Origin: Chitinophaga pinensis | GTDB taxonomy: Bacteria > Bacteroidota > Bacteroidia > B-17B0 > Aurantibacillaceae | Direction of reading: 5' to 3' | Assembly: GCA_945887955.1 (NCBI GenBank) | Contig: CAMCZO010000002.1 | Location: forward strand, 16,941-80,940 | Length of the DNA: 64,000 bases | In this document: piece after piece, positions 47,475-58,146 of the stretch | Layout of the letters: the number at the start of each line of letters is the position of its first letter | Position numbering within the stretch: position 1 is the first letter of the stretch | Made by a program: the position numbers and the translations under genes | Notes under the pieces: model-generated | Database searches by the model: none | The model's input: only the letters and a program-made list of their open reading frames with translations | Told to the model about the DNA's origin: nothing

Positions 47475-50051
47475 ATGAAAAATAATTTTAAACAATATCT
47501 ACCTCATGCAATCGCTGTATTAGCTTTTGCAATACTTACAATCATTTATTTTAAACCTCTTTTTACTGGTAAAGAATTAAAACAAGATGATATTGCTCGA
47601 CACAAAGGAATGAGCAAAGAAATTGTTGATTATCGAACAAAAAATAATAGCGAACCTTTATGGACCAACTCCATGTTTGGAGGGATGCCGGCTTATCAAA
47701 TTTCCACCTTATATCCCGGAAATTGGATTGCTAAATTAGATAATGCGTTTAAATTATTTATACCATTACCAGCAGGTTATTTATTTTTATATTGTTTGGG
47801 TTTTTTTATACTACTACTTTGTGTAAATATAAATCCTTGGCTAGCATTAGTAGGAGGTTTAGCCTATGGTTTAAGTTCGTATTTTATTATTATTTTGGAA
47901 GCAGGTCATAATTCTAAAGCAAATGCTTTGGGATACTTACCAGCATTACTTGGTGGAATTTTATTGTTATTTAAGAACCGATATTGGCTTGGTTTATCTG
48001 TAACTTCTTTATTTACAGCCATGGAACTTAATGCCAACCATGTTCAAATATCATATTACGGGTATATATTAATAGGTTTTATAATTTTTGGTTATTTTAT
48101 TAATGCTTTAAAAACTAAAACAATTGGACTGTTTGTAAAAGCATTCAGTTTATTTCTTATTTCAACCTTCATAGGCCTTTTACCTAATTTCGGCAACATT
48201 TCTACAACTAACGAATATGGCAAATTTAGTACTCGCGGAAAATCAGAATTAACTATTAATAGCCAGCTAAAAAATAACGATAACAATAAAACATCTGGTT
48301 TAGACGAAGATTATGCCACCCAATGGAGTTATGGTATTGGAGAAACATTTACTTTTTTAATCCCTGATTTTAAGGGGGGGCCAAGCAGCTCTATTAAAAG
48401 TGCAGATGCTTCAGCTCTAAAAAAAGTAAATCCCGAATATAGAGAACAGGTAGCGAATAGCAGCTCTTATTTTGGCAACCAACCTTTTACTAGCGGGCCC
48501 GTTTATATTGGAGCAATTATTGTTTTTTTGGCGCTAATAGGTTTGTTTATAATTAAAAATCCAATTAAATGGCCTATTGTAATTGTAACGCTTCTTACAA
48601 TTACTCTTGCATGGGGAAAAAACTTTATGAGTTTAACCGACTTTTTTATGCATAACATACCTGGATATAATAAATTTAGAGCAGTTAGTATGATTTTAAT
48701 AGTGGCTGAATTAACCATACCATTATTAGCCATGTTAGCTATAAATGAACTTTTTAAAATAAAAAACTGGAATGATAAAATAAAACTAAATTTAATAAAA
48801 GCTGATTTATCACTTAAAAAAATATTAATTACTTGCTTAATTATTGTTGGAGGTTTTTGTTTAATTAGTTATTTGTTCCCAGATATTTTAAATACATTTT
48901 TAGCCGATAATGAAGACAAACAACTGATTGAACAAGCCGTTAGTGCAGGTAATCCAGAAAATCAAGTTAAACCTTATGTTGCCGAATTAATGCCTCAATT
49001 AGAAATAGCACGTAAAGCAATTTTTAAATCCGATGCGTTCCGCTCTCTAATTTTTATTCTATTGGCTTTTGGGTCTCTTTACCTGTTTTATACAAATAAA
49101 ATTAAAAAGGAAATGTTAATTACCTCTTTGGGTATTTTTATTTTAATAGACTTATGGACTGTTGATGCCAGATATTTAAACGATAAATCATTTATTACTA
49201 AAGAACAAAATATGCAAAGCATCACTTCAAAAACTGCAGCAGATGATGAGATTTTGAAAGATTCGGATATTAATTATCGAGTTTTAAACCTAACAGTTAA
49301 TACCTTTAATGATGCCGCAACTTCTTATTATCACAAATCTATTGGCGGTTATCATGGCGCTAAACTTAAAAAATATGCCGAACTAATTGATTTTCATATC
49401 GACAATGAGATTAAATCATTTTATAAAGATGCTAATAAATCATTTGCTAGCGATAGCGCTATGAAAGTACTATTTGGAAACTTGCAAATTCTAAATATGC
49501 TAAATGCAAAATATTTTATTTTACCAGGTGGCGAAAATAATGCCGAAATTCCTTTAAAAAATCCAATGGTTAATGGGAATGCTTGGCTAGTAGAAAAAAT
49601 CGTTTCGGTCGAAAATGCAAATGAAGAAATTATTTCTCTTGGTAAAATAAATACTAAAAAAGAAGCAGTATCTCAAGAAAATTTCATCAAAAGTCTGGGA
49701 TTAAAATTAAATTACTCAGCTAAAGGAGATATCAAATTAATATCCTATCAACCTAATAATTTAGTTTATCAAAGCGAGACATCATCTGAAGAATTTGCAG
49801 TTTTTTCCGAAATATATTACCCTAAAGGTTGGAACGCATATATTGATGGGCAATTAAAAGAACATGCCTCTGTAAATTATGTATTACGAGGACTAGCAAT
49901 ACCTTCTGGCAAACACAAAATTGAATTCAAATTTGAGCCTGTTACTTATACTAATGGCAATAATATAGCCACCATAGGTTCAATATTATTAATTATTACA
50001 ATCGGCACCGGCTTGTTTTTAAATAAAAAGAATAACGTTATTGTTAGTTAA
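47475..50051 (+). CDS. YfhO-family polytopic membrane protein
   Basis: LWTNSMFGGMPAYQ, HVQISYY, SIGGYHGAKL, FSEIYYPKGW.AYIDG, NYVLRG..IPSGKHKIEFKFEP. Confidence 0.88.
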   Translation: MKNNFKQYLPHAIAVLAFAILTIIYFKPLFTGKELKQDDIARHKGMSKEIVDYRTKNNSEPLWTNSMFGGMPAYQISTLYPGNWIAKLDNAFKLFIPLPAGYLFLYCLGFFILLLCVNINPWLALVGGLAYGLSSYFIIILEAGHNSKANALGYLPALLGGILLLFKNRYWLGLSVTSLFTAMELNANHVQISYYGYILIGFIIFGYFINALKTKTIGLFVKAFSLFLISTFIGLLPNFGNISTTNEYGKFSTRGKSELTINSQLKNNDNNKTSGLDEDYATQWSYGIGETFTFLIPDFKGGPSSSIKSADASALKKVNPEYREQVANSSSYFGNQPFTSGPVYIGAIIVFLALIGLFIIKNPIKWPIVIVTLLTITLAWGKNFMSLTDFFMHNIPGYNKFRAVSMILIVAELTIPLLAMLAINELFKIKNWNDKIKLNLIKADLSLKKILITCLIIVGGFCLISYLFPDILNTFLADNEDKQLIEQAVSAGNPENQVKPYVAELMPQLEIARKAIFKSDAFRSLIFILLAFGSLYLFYTNKIKKEMLITSLGIFILIDLWTVDARYLNDKSFITKEQNMQSITSKTAADDEILKDSDINYRVLNLTVNTFNDAATSYYHKSIGGYHGAKLKKYAELIDFHIDNEIKSFYKDANKSFASDSAMKVLFGNLQILNMLNAKYFILPGGENNAEIPLKNPMVNGNAWLVEKIVSVENANEEIISLGKINTKKEAVSQENFIKSLGLKLNYSAKGDIKLISYQPNNLVYQSETSSEEFAVFSEIYYPKGWNAYIDGQLKEHASVNYVLRGLAIPSGKHKIEFKFEPVTYTNGNNIATIGSILLIITIGTGLFLNKKNNVIVS

Positions 50052-50151
50052 TTTAATAATTTTGTTAGAAACACAAGCTAAAAAACTCGAAGAAAGATTT
50101 TATTTTTGACGAATAAATATTAATCATAAACAATATAAAAAATAAATAATT

Positions 50152-50469
50152 ATGGCACTAGAGATTACAGACGCAAACTTCGAAGAATTAGTTTTAAAAA
50201 GCACTAAACCTGTATTAGTAGATTTTTGGGCAGAATGGTGTGGCCCTTGCCGAATGGTTGGTCCGGTTGTAGAAGAATTAGCAAAAGAATACGAAGGAAA
50301 AGCAGTAATTGGTAAAGTAAATGTTGATTTGAACTCTCAAATAAGTGCAAACTATGGCATTCGTAACATTCCTACCTTATTATATTTTAAAAATGGCGAA
50401 GTTGTAGACAAACAAGTGGGAGTTGTTCCTAAATCTGCTTTAGCTGCGAAACTAGATGCTCAAATGTAA
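50152..50469 (+). CDS. trxA: Thioredoxin
   Basis: [17 protein letters not shown]. Confidence 0.98.
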   Translation: MALEITDANFEELVLKSTKPVLVDFWAEWCGPCRMVGPVVEELAKEYEGKAVIGKVNVDLNSQISANYGIRNIPTLLYFKNGEVVDKQVGVVPKSALAAKLDAQM

Positions 50470-50489
50470 TAATTATTGAATTAAAATAT

Positions 50490-52580
50490 TTAATTCACTA
50501 CTAATTTTCTGCTCATTTTAATGCCATTCATTTCTAAATTAAGAAAATAAATACCTTTAGCTAAGCTCTTATTTTTATTTAGAATAATTTTATACTCACC
50601 TTCTAAATATAATTGTTCTGATTCTTCAATAAATGTAGAACCAGTAATTGATTGTATTTGATATTTAATTTTTGCAGAATTAGATAATGTAAATTGTAAA
50701 TTAAAAATATCCGAAGTAGGATTAGGATAAACATTAAAACCAATGGATTTCGTTAGCTCATTTATTCCAACTGGAGTTGTAAAATTTATCTCATCTAAAT
50801 AAAAACGGTTGCCCATTCCAACACCTCCAACATCTTCTTGAAAATAAAAACGAAAGTTTACATGATCTTCGTTAACAAAGCTTTGAAAATTTGGATGAAG
50901 GGTTAAATTATAAAAGCCCCAATCAAAAAATGGGACATATATGCCTGCAGTTGTTCCGCCAGAACTATTAGCTAAATTCCCATTGTTTGGCAACCAAATA
51001 TCTTCCCAAGAGCCTCCACAATCTTTGCTTCCTTGCACTTTAAAAAAATCTTTGTTATTGGCATCTTTTCTTGCATAAGCATATTTAAAAGTAAATATAG
51101 CCCCTTGATTATTTTTAAAATCGTAGGAGGGCGTTTCTAATATCTCAATTGAATTAGCTTCCAAAAGTTCGCCTTGAATATACATACACTTTGAACCTTG
51201 AGAACCAGCACCAGAAAAAATATCCCATTTGTTATTTGGAGTGGTTGGATTAATTACTGACCAAAACGAAGGTAAATTAAGACTCTCAAAACTTTGAGAA
51301 TTTGTTGAATTATAATTAGTAATTCCATTCAATACGTAAATAACTATACTCTTAATTGAGTTGCCATTTATGTTTGAAACTACACAACTAATAGTAGTAC
51401 TTCCTGCATTATTAAATAAAATATGAGTAGCCGAAAGCGTCGAGTTTGAAACCACTGCAGCATTGTTTGCTGTCCAAGAATAACTTGTAGGAGAAGAATT
51501 AAAAGTATAAGAATTAAAAGCTAGAGAATGGCCTTGACAAACAGAATAAGAAGGCGAAACAGCAATTTCTAATTTCGGAATACAATTAATTCCAGGATTA
51601 GTAATTCCTGTGATTGACAAGTTGTTTAAAGATGATAAATTATTTCTACCACTAATAGGACTGTTTATTGAATTTTGCATGCGAGAAGACTGACCTTTTG
51701 TAAACATAACTTGACAGTAGGCATAATCCATATAGTTTTGAATATTTTCATCAATTGCTGGATTACAAATTTTAGTATTATTTAAACTACAAGAAGTAAA
51801 TCCTTTGGTAATTGGTGTATCTGAAACTCCGTCATCTCCACAAGCAACTCCAGGTTGATTAGTCCCTCCCCATACATGAGGTAAATTAAACCAATGTCCA
51901 ACCTCATGAGTTAATGCTCTTGAAGAACCAGCATTACCCGAGCCAATACTTCCTACATAACTACTCAAAATTACTATTGCATCAAGCGCTGATGGAATTC
52001 CGGAACCAGGCAAATAAGTATATCCTGCAGCACCACTAGAAATTGATTTTACTACATAAAAATTTAAATAACGAGTAGGGTTCCAAGTATATTGATAATC
52101 CGAAAAATTACCTATCCAATTGGTATTAACATCATAATGTCTAATTATTGAGTTTGTACAAATTCCATTAGGATCTTTTGTTGCCAACTGAAATACAAAT
52201 TTTGTGTCTCCAATTAATGTTTTAAAAGGCAATACCACATTCGATGTGTCAGCATTTAATTTATTAAAATCTCTGTTTAAAATATCAACAGCATCTATTA
52301 CTTGAGCATCTGATATGTTTTCTGCACCACCTTTATGCAAAATATGAAATACGACCGGAATTGTATAAATAGCTGCTGCTGAAGTCCTTTCCTGATGTCC
52401 TGATTGATATTGAACCGAATCGTTAACCCGAGCCTGTTCTTGCAACTGATCAAAATAGACTTTTAATTCTGGGTGTTTTTCAAACCAAGAATTTTGCTTC
52501 TCAGTTGTATTACAAAAATGAACCTGTGCGTTATAATTAAAACTTAAAAACAACGAAATACCTAAAATTAAATAACGCAT
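50490..52580 (-). CDS. T9SS-secreted M43 (pappalysin/ulilysin-like) zinc metalloprotease
   Basis: IPVVFHIL, HEVGHWFNLPH zinc motif, NYMDY Met-turn, type A CTD (VYPNPT..GIYFL..RKLVVN). Confidence 0.92.
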   Translation of the reverse strand: MRYLILGISLFLSFNYNAQVHFCNTTEKQNSWFEKHPELKVYFDQLQEQARVNDSVQYQSGHQERTSAAAIYTIPVVFHILHKGGAENISDAQVIDAVDILNRDFNKLNADTSNVVLPFKTLIGDTKFVFQLATKDPNGICTNSIIRHYDVNTNWIGNFSDYQYTWNPTRYLNFYVVKSISSGAAGYTYLPGSGIPSALDAIVILSSYVGSIGSGNAGSSRALTHEVGHWFNLPHVWGGTNQPGVACGDDGVSDTPITKGFTSCSLNNTKICNPAIDENIQNYMDYAYCQVMFTKGQSSRMQNSINSPISGRNNLSSLNNLSITGITNPGINCIPKLEIAVSPSYSVCQGHSLAFNSYTFNSSPTSYSWTANNAAVVSNSTLSATHILFNNAGSTTISCVVSNINGNSIKSIVIYVLNGITNYNSTNSQSFESLNLPSFWSVINPTTPNNKWDIFSGAGSQGSKCMYIQGELLEANSIEILETPSYDFKNNQGAIFTFKYAYARKDANNKDFFKVQGSKDCGGSWEDIWLPNNGNLANSSGGTTAGIYVPFFDWGFYNLTLHPNFQSFVNEDHVNFRFYFQEDVGGVGMGNRFYLDEINFTTPVGINELTKSIGFNVYPNPTSDIFNLQFTLSNSAKIKYQIQSITGSTFIEESEQLYLEGEYKIILNKNKSLAKGIYFLNLEMNGIKMSRKLVVN

Positions 52581-52660
52581 AAATAAAATAAATCTAAATT
52601 TTAAATTTAATAAAAATTAAAGTAAATATTGAAAAAATTTTATGATTGAAAGCAATCTAG

Positions 52661-52668
52661 TATATTTG
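52661..52668 (+). promoter_or_regulatory. -7 element TATATTTG
   Basis: Lies inside the over-extended ORF-track start, supporting ATG 52687. Confidence 0.6.
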
Positions 52669-52686
52669 TGCAACAAGGAATTTAAG

Positions 52687-55068
52687 ATGAAAAAACAAGA
52701 AAGCGCCACTGAACTTAATAGCTTTAGTTTTGATAAATTTAAAAAAATCATTTTGCAAGATTTTAAACTTGCAAATGAAAGCCGTCAAGCGAGTTTGCTG
52801 GGTAGAAAAGAAGTTTTAACTGGAAAAGCAAAATTCGGAATTTTTGGCGATGGCAAAGAAATTGCTCAAATTGCCTTAAGTAAAGTTTTCAAAAATGGTG
52901 ATTTCAGAAGTGGATATTACCGCGATCAAACATTTATGTTAGCTATTGGTGCTATTACTTTAGAACAATGGTTTTCAGGATTATATGGTAATACAAATAT
53001 TGATTTAGAACCCATGAGCGGTGGTCGTCAAATGGGCGGCCATTTTGCTACACATAGTTTAAACGAAGATGGTAGCTTTAAAAATTTAATGCTGCAAAAA
53101 AATTCTAGTAGCGATGTTTCTCCTACAGCAAGCCAAATGCCTCGATTATTAGGACTTGCTTATGCGTCTCATTTTTACAGAATTAACGAAGAATTACAAA
53201 CAGAAGCTTTTACAAACTTTAGCAATAAAGGGAATGAAGTCGCATTTGGAACAATTGGCGATGCATCAACAAGTGAAGGCCTTTTTTGGGAAACAATCAA
53301 CGCGGCTGGCGTTCTTCAGGTTCCCATGCTTGTAAGTGTTTGGGATGATGAACACGGCATCTCAGTTCATAAAAAATATCAAACTACTAAAGAAAGTATT
53401 AGCGAAATATTAAAAGGGTTTCAGCGCGATAGTAATAATAAAGGCTATGAAATTTTAAAATCAAAAGGTTGGGATTATTCAGATTTATGTGAAACCTACG
53501 AAAAAGCTATAAAAATTTGTCGCGAAGAACATGTCCCCGTTTTAGTTCATGTTGAAGATGTTACCCAGCCTCAAGGACATAGCACCAGTGGATCTCACGA
53601 AAGATATAAAAGTAAAGAACGCTTACAATGGGAATTAGATTTTGATTGCATAAAAAAAATGCGTGAATGGATATTAGACAACACCATTGCAAGTGAAGAA
53701 GAATTAATTGCTATTGAAAATGAAGCAAAAGAAACTGTAAAATCAGCTAAAAATAAAGCTTGGGCTAACTATCTCGAACCCATAAAAAAAGAAATATCAC
53801 AAGTAACATTAATATTTGAATCTATTAATGATAAAGATGTTTTGGTATTAAAAAATAATTTATTGAGTATTTTAGAACCTAACAGAAGAGACATTCATAG
53901 TGCCGTAAAACAGGCGCTTCGTATCACACAACATCATAATTCAGAAGCTAGAAAATCATTATTAGATTGGTTAAAAAATGCTCGAATTGAAAATAATGAG
54001 CGTTATAGTTCTAATTTATATTCACAGTCATCTTCAAAGCTAGCTAATATTGAACCTAAAGAAATAATATATAATTCAGAGAAATTATTAGATGGAAGAG
54101 AAATATTAAGAGAAAATTTTGATGCTATTTTAAAAAAATATCCCCAAGTAATTATTTTTGGAGAAGATTCAGGTAAAATAGGTGGTGTTAATCAAGGATT
54201 AGAAGGACTTCAATTAAAATACGGTGAGCATAGAGTATTTGATACTGGTATTCGCGAAGCAACTATTATGGGTCAAGCAATTGGCTTAGCAATGAGAGGG
54301 TTAAGACCGATAGCCGAAATTCAATATTTAGATTATTTGCTTTATGCCCTTCAATTAATGAGCGATGATTTAGCAACTTTGCACTGGCGTTCAAATGGAA
54401 AGCAAAAAGCTCCTGTTATTATTCGAACCCGTGGTCATCGTTTAGAAGGTGTTTGGCATAGCGGTTCTCCCATGGGAATGATTGTAAATTCATGCAGAGG
54501 CATCAATATTTGTGTGCCTCGAAACATGACCGTAGCTTCAGGATTTTACAACACCTTATTAGAATCAGATGAACCTGCATTAATTATTGAACCATTAAAT
54601 GCCTATCGATTAAAAGAAAAACAACCCGAAAATTTTGGTGAATACAAAGTCGCATTAGGATTTCCTGAAATATTAGTTGAAGGAAAAGATGTTACTTTGG
54701 TAACATACGGCAGTAGTGTAAAAATTGCTTTAGAAGCGATTAAAATGCTCGAAAAAGCAAACATTTCGGTCGAATTAATAGATTTACAAACATTAATACC
54801 ATTTGATATTAAAAAAATGATAGTTAAATCACTTGAAAAAACAAATCGAATAGTTATATTTGACGAGGATGTTCCAAGTGGCGCTAGTGCTTATATTCTT
54901 CAAAAAATAATCGAAGAACAAAATGGATATATGTTTTTAGATGCAAAACCAATAACTATTACCAGTAAAGAACACCGGCCTGCATATGGAAGTGATGGCG
55001 ACTACTTTAGTAAACCAAATTCTGACGACGTTTTTGAAATTATTTATAATTTAATGCACGAATCATAG
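52687..55068 (+). CDS. Fused 2-oxoacid dehydrogenase E1 alpha/beta subunit
   Basis: GKAKFGIFGDGKE, GYYRDQT, GTIGDASTSEG TPP motif, FDTGIREA, EIQYLDY. Confidence 0.93.
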   Translation: MKKQESATELNSFSFDKFKKIILQDFKLANESRQASLLGRKEVLTGKAKFGIFGDGKEIAQIALSKVFKNGDFRSGYYRDQTFMLAIGAITLEQWFSGLYGNTNIDLEPMSGGRQMGGHFATHSLNEDGSFKNLMLQKNSSSDVSPTASQMPRLLGLAYASHFYRINEELQTEAFTNFSNKGNEVAFGTIGDASTSEGLFWETINAAGVLQVPMLVSVWDDEHGISVHKKYQTTKESISEILKGFQRDSNNKGYEILKSKGWDYSDLCETYEKAIKICREEHVPVLVHVEDVTQPQGHSTSGSHERYKSKERLQWELDFDCIKKMREWILDNTIASEEELIAIENEAKETVKSAKNKAWANYLEPIKKEISQVTLIFESINDKDVLVLKNNLLSILEPNRRDIHSAVKQALRITQHHNSEARKSLLDWLKNARIENNERYSSNLYSQSSSKLANIEPKEIIYNSEKLLDGREILRENFDAILKKYPQVIIFGEDSGKIGGVNQGLEGLQLKYGEHRVFDTGIREATIMGQAIGLAMRGLRPIAEIQYLDYLLYALQLMSDDLATLHWRSNGKQKAPVIIRTRGHRLEGVWHSGSPMGMIVNSCRGINICVPRNMTVASGFYNTLLESDEPALIIEPLNAYRLKEKQPENFGEYKVALGFPEILVEGKDVTLVTYGSSVKIALEAIKMLEKANISVELIDLQTLIPFDIKKMIVKSLEKTNRIVIFDEDVPSGASAYILQKIIEEQNGYMFLDAKPITITSKEHRPAYGSDGDYFSKPNSDDVFEIIYNLMHES

Positions 55069-55114
55069 CCTAATCAATATATAAAATAAATTACTAATAA
55101 ATAAAACAATCTTT

Positions 55115-55699
55115 ATGAATTCAACATTTAAATCAATAATAATTTGTTTTGTCTTTATCTCATCAAATCAAATTTTTTCACAAACAAAACAAGAGCAAAA
55201 AAAAGAAGAAGATGAATTTGCTGTAAAAAAAACAGAAACCAAAATTTTCGAAGTAATTACATTACCTGATTCTGCAGATCAAAAAGAATTAAATATGCGA
55301 GCAGATATTTGGTTAAAAAAAGAAAGTAATTCGTATAAAAAAACAAACGGATCTCAATCTAATAATAAGACTGAATGTACGATTAGCTTTCAAATTAAAC
55401 CAAAAATAATTAACCCTGAAATTGATTATACCGGAAAAATTTCGATGAAATTAGTAATCGAATGCAAAGTTGGAAGATATAAATATACAATTTCTGATAT
55501 CAAACACACAAGTAAAAATGGAAAAGCAACGGGTGGAAGTATAGATAATACTGTTCCTGAATGTGGAACTATGCATATAACAGAAATAGAATGGAAAAAA
55601 ATAAAAGGAGAAGCTCTTCAAAATGTAAAAAAAGTTTCTGATGAAATAAAGCCTATCATGGCATATGATACTGCTAATAACACGGGTGACGAATGGTAA
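55115..55699 (+). CDS. Exported protein, DUF4468-like
   Basis: Signal peptide; LVIECKVGRYKYTISDIKH pattern. Confidence 0.6.
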   Translation: MNSTFKSIIICFVFISSNQIFSQTKQEQKKEEDEFAVKKTETKIFEVITLPDSADQKELNMRADIWLKKESNSYKKTNGSQSNNKTECTISFQIKPKIINPEIDYTGKISMKLVIECKVGRYKYTISDIKHTSKNGKATGGSIDNTVPECGTMHITEIEWKKIKGEALQNVKKVSDEIKPIMAYDTANNTGDEW

Positions 55700-55733
55700 A
55701 ATTGTCTATTAAACAGTTTTAAAGATTAGTTTT

Positions 55734-56789
55734 ATGAAAATTCTTATTACAGGCGGTGCAGGATTTATTGGATCTCATTTAACGCGATTAATGGTAAATA
55801 AATATCCAGGTTATACTATTCATAATTTAGATAAATTAACTTATGCCGGAAATTTAGCAAACCTCAGCGATATCGAAAATAATACAAATTACAAATTCAT
55901 AAAAGGTGATATAGTTGATGCTGAATTTATTAATGATTTGTTTATTCGTGAGCAATATAATGCGGTAATTCATTTAGCTGCAGAAAGCCACGTAGATAGA
56001 AGCATAAGCAATCCTTTAGAATTTGTTATGACAAATGTAATTGGAACCGTTAATTTATTGAATGCTGCAAAAACACTTTACAAAAATAATCCTTCCAGTT
56101 TCATTAAATTTTACCATGTTAGTACCGATGAAGTTTATGGCGCTTTAGGCGAATCTGGCATGTTTACCGAAGAAACCTCATATGATCCTCACAGCCCATA
56201 CTCTGCTTCTAAAGCAAGTAGTGATCATTTTGTAAGAGCCTACCACGATACTTATGGATTGCCTGTTGTTATTTCTAATTGCAGTAATAATTATGGGCCT
56301 AATCACTTTCCTGAAAAATTAATTCCACTCTGTTTAAATAATATTATTAATAACAAACCATTACCTATTTATGGTAAAGGAGAAAATATTCGCGATTGGT
56401 TATTTGTTGTTGATCATGCTATAGCGATAGATATTATTTTTCATGAAGCAAAATTAGGTAACACATACAACATAGGTGGTCATAACGAATGGACAAATAT
56501 TGATGTGATTCGTTTGCTTTGTCGAATTCTAGATAAAAAATTAAACCGACCTGAAGGAACAAATGAAAAACTTATCACATTTGTTACCGACCGCGCAGGG
56601 CACGACTTACGTTATGCTATTGATGCAGGTAAGCTAAAAAAAGATTTAGGTTGGGTTCCTTCAGTTACATTTGAACAAGGCCTTGAACTCACTGTAGATT
56701 GGTATTTAGATAATCAAAATTGGTTAAACAATGTTACCTCGGGTAATTATGCTAAATATTATGAAAAACAATATTTAAACTCAAACTAA
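55734..56789 (+). CDS. rfbB: dTDP-glucose 4,6-dehydratase
   Basis: TGGAGFIGS, LDKLTYAGN, HLAAESHVDRSI, STDEVYG, YSASK, DRAGHD. Confidence 0.97.
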   Translation: MKILITGGAGFIGSHLTRLMVNKYPGYTIHNLDKLTYAGNLANLSDIENNTNYKFIKGDIVDAEFINDLFIREQYNAVIHLAAESHVDRSISNPLEFVMTNVIGTVNLLNAAKTLYKNNPSSFIKFYHVSTDEVYGALGESGMFTEETSYDPHSPYSASKASSDHFVRAYHDTYGLPVVISNCSNNYGPNHFPEKLIPLCLNNIINNKPLPIYGKGENIRDWLFVVDHAIAIDIIFHEAKLGNTYNIGGHNEWTNIDVIRLLCRILDKKLNRPEGTNEKLITFVTDRAGHDLRYAIDAGKLKKDLGWVPSVTFEQGLELTVDWYLDNQNWLNNVTSGNYAKYYEKQYLNSN

Positions 56790-56794
56790 ATTAG

Positions 56795-58063
56795 TTATTC
56801 CATCTCTTTAATTACCATTTGATAGTTATTTCGACTCCGTTGTTCAATCAAAATAATTTTATTTTCGCTTAACTTTGTAATCGTTTCTTGATTGTAATTT
56901 CTAATGGTCATTAATTGTACATTGTCGTTATACAAAACCTTAAATTGAGTTTGTAACTCAAGTAAAAGGTTATCAAACTTATATTTATCATTATCAATGC
57001 AAACACTAAAACTTATTGCGGAATTTTGCATCATATTTACTCGGACATTATTTTTAGAAAACATACTAAAAATTAAACTTAAATTTTCTTCAGCAATAAA
57101 GCTAAAATCTTTAGGTTGAATAGATATTAATAATTGATCTGTTTTAAAAATATAACTGGTTGCAGTATTTCTTTTATTGATATTTTTTATAACTGTTCCT
57201 ATATCATCTGGCTTTAAAAAAGATCTCACAAAAAGAGGTATATTTTTATTTTGAAGAGGCTTAATAGTTTTAGGATGTATGACAGATGTACCAAAATAAG
57301 TTAACTCAATTGCATCATGATAACTCAGTTCATCAATTTTTTTAGTATTCTTAAAATACTTTGGGTCAGCATTTAATACCCCTGGTACATCCTTCCAAAT
57401 AACAATCTGCTTTGCATCTAAAAAATAAGCCAATAAAGCTGCAGTATAATCGCTTCCCTCTCGTCCTAAAGTTGTAGTATAATTTTCAGAAGTTCCTCCA
57501 ATAAAACCTTGAGTAATTATTATATTATAATTACTCAATAACGGAATAATTTGATTACAAGTTAACTCTTTACTTAATAAATAATCTACATTAGCTTCAC
57601 GATAAGAATTATCTGTTTGAATAATGCCACGAGCATCAATCCATTTATTTGATATAATTATTTCGTTAAAATAAGCCGAAATAATTTTTGTGCTTAATAT
57701 TTCACCCTGCGATACAAGTTGATCGTAATAAAAACTATATGAATTGGATGGCTCCTCTTCTATTGCCCAAAGTATTTCAAGAAAAACATTTTCTATCTCG
57801 TCAACTATTAATAAATCTTTATTTACAAATAGTTGATCTATAATATTAAAATGATAGTCTTTTATTTCCTGAAAAATTAATAATGAATCACTTGATTTGT
57901 AGAAATATGAATTTACTAATTCTTCAAGTTTGTTAGTCATTTTTCCCATTGCTGATATAACAACAACAGTTTGTTCATTTGCTTTATTTTTTAAAATATT
58001 TGCAACATTCTTTATAGAAATGGCATCTTTAACCGAAACTCCACCAAATTTAAATACTTGCAT
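56795..58063 (-). CDS. lysC: Aspartate kinase (monofunctional)
   Basis: VFKFGGVSV, VISAMGK, TQGFIG, TLGREGSDYTA, IWKDVPG; C-terminal ACT-like region. Confidence 0.95.
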   Translation of the reverse strand: MQVFKFGGVSVKDAISIKNVANILKNKANEQTVVVISAMGKMTNKLEELVNSYFYKSSDSLLIFQEIKDYHFNIIDQLFVNKDLLIVDEIENVFLEILWAIEEEPSNSYSFYYDQLVSQGEILSTKIISAYFNEIIISNKWIDARGIIQTDNSYREANVDYLLSKELTCNQIIPLLSNYNIIITQGFIGGTSENYTTTLGREGSDYTAALLAYFLDAKQIVIWKDVPGVLNADPKYFKNTKKIDELSYHDAIELTYFGTSVIHPKTIKPLQNKNIPLFVRSFLKPDDIGTVIKNINKRNTATSYIFKTDQLLISIQPKDFSFIAEENLSLIFSMFSKNNVRVNMMQNSAISFSVCIDNDKYKFDNLLLELQTQFKVLYNDNVQLMTIRNYNQETITKLSENKIILIEQRSRNNYQMVIKEME

Positions 58064-58091
58064 AATTAATTTTATGTAAAGGTATCAAAAC

Positions 58092-58123
58092 AAAAAAACC
58101 ACCCAAAAAAATTAGATGGTTTT
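58092..58123 (-). terminator. Intrinsic terminator after secG
   Basis: Minus strand AAAACCATCTAA-loop-TTGGGTGGTTTT (G-U pairs) plus T-tract. Confidence 0.75.
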
Positions 58124-58146
58124 ATAGAAATAATGAAAATTAAAAT

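Noticed and set aside
52687-55068. E1 alpha/beta fusion
   Set aside because: Common in Bacteroidota; not novel.
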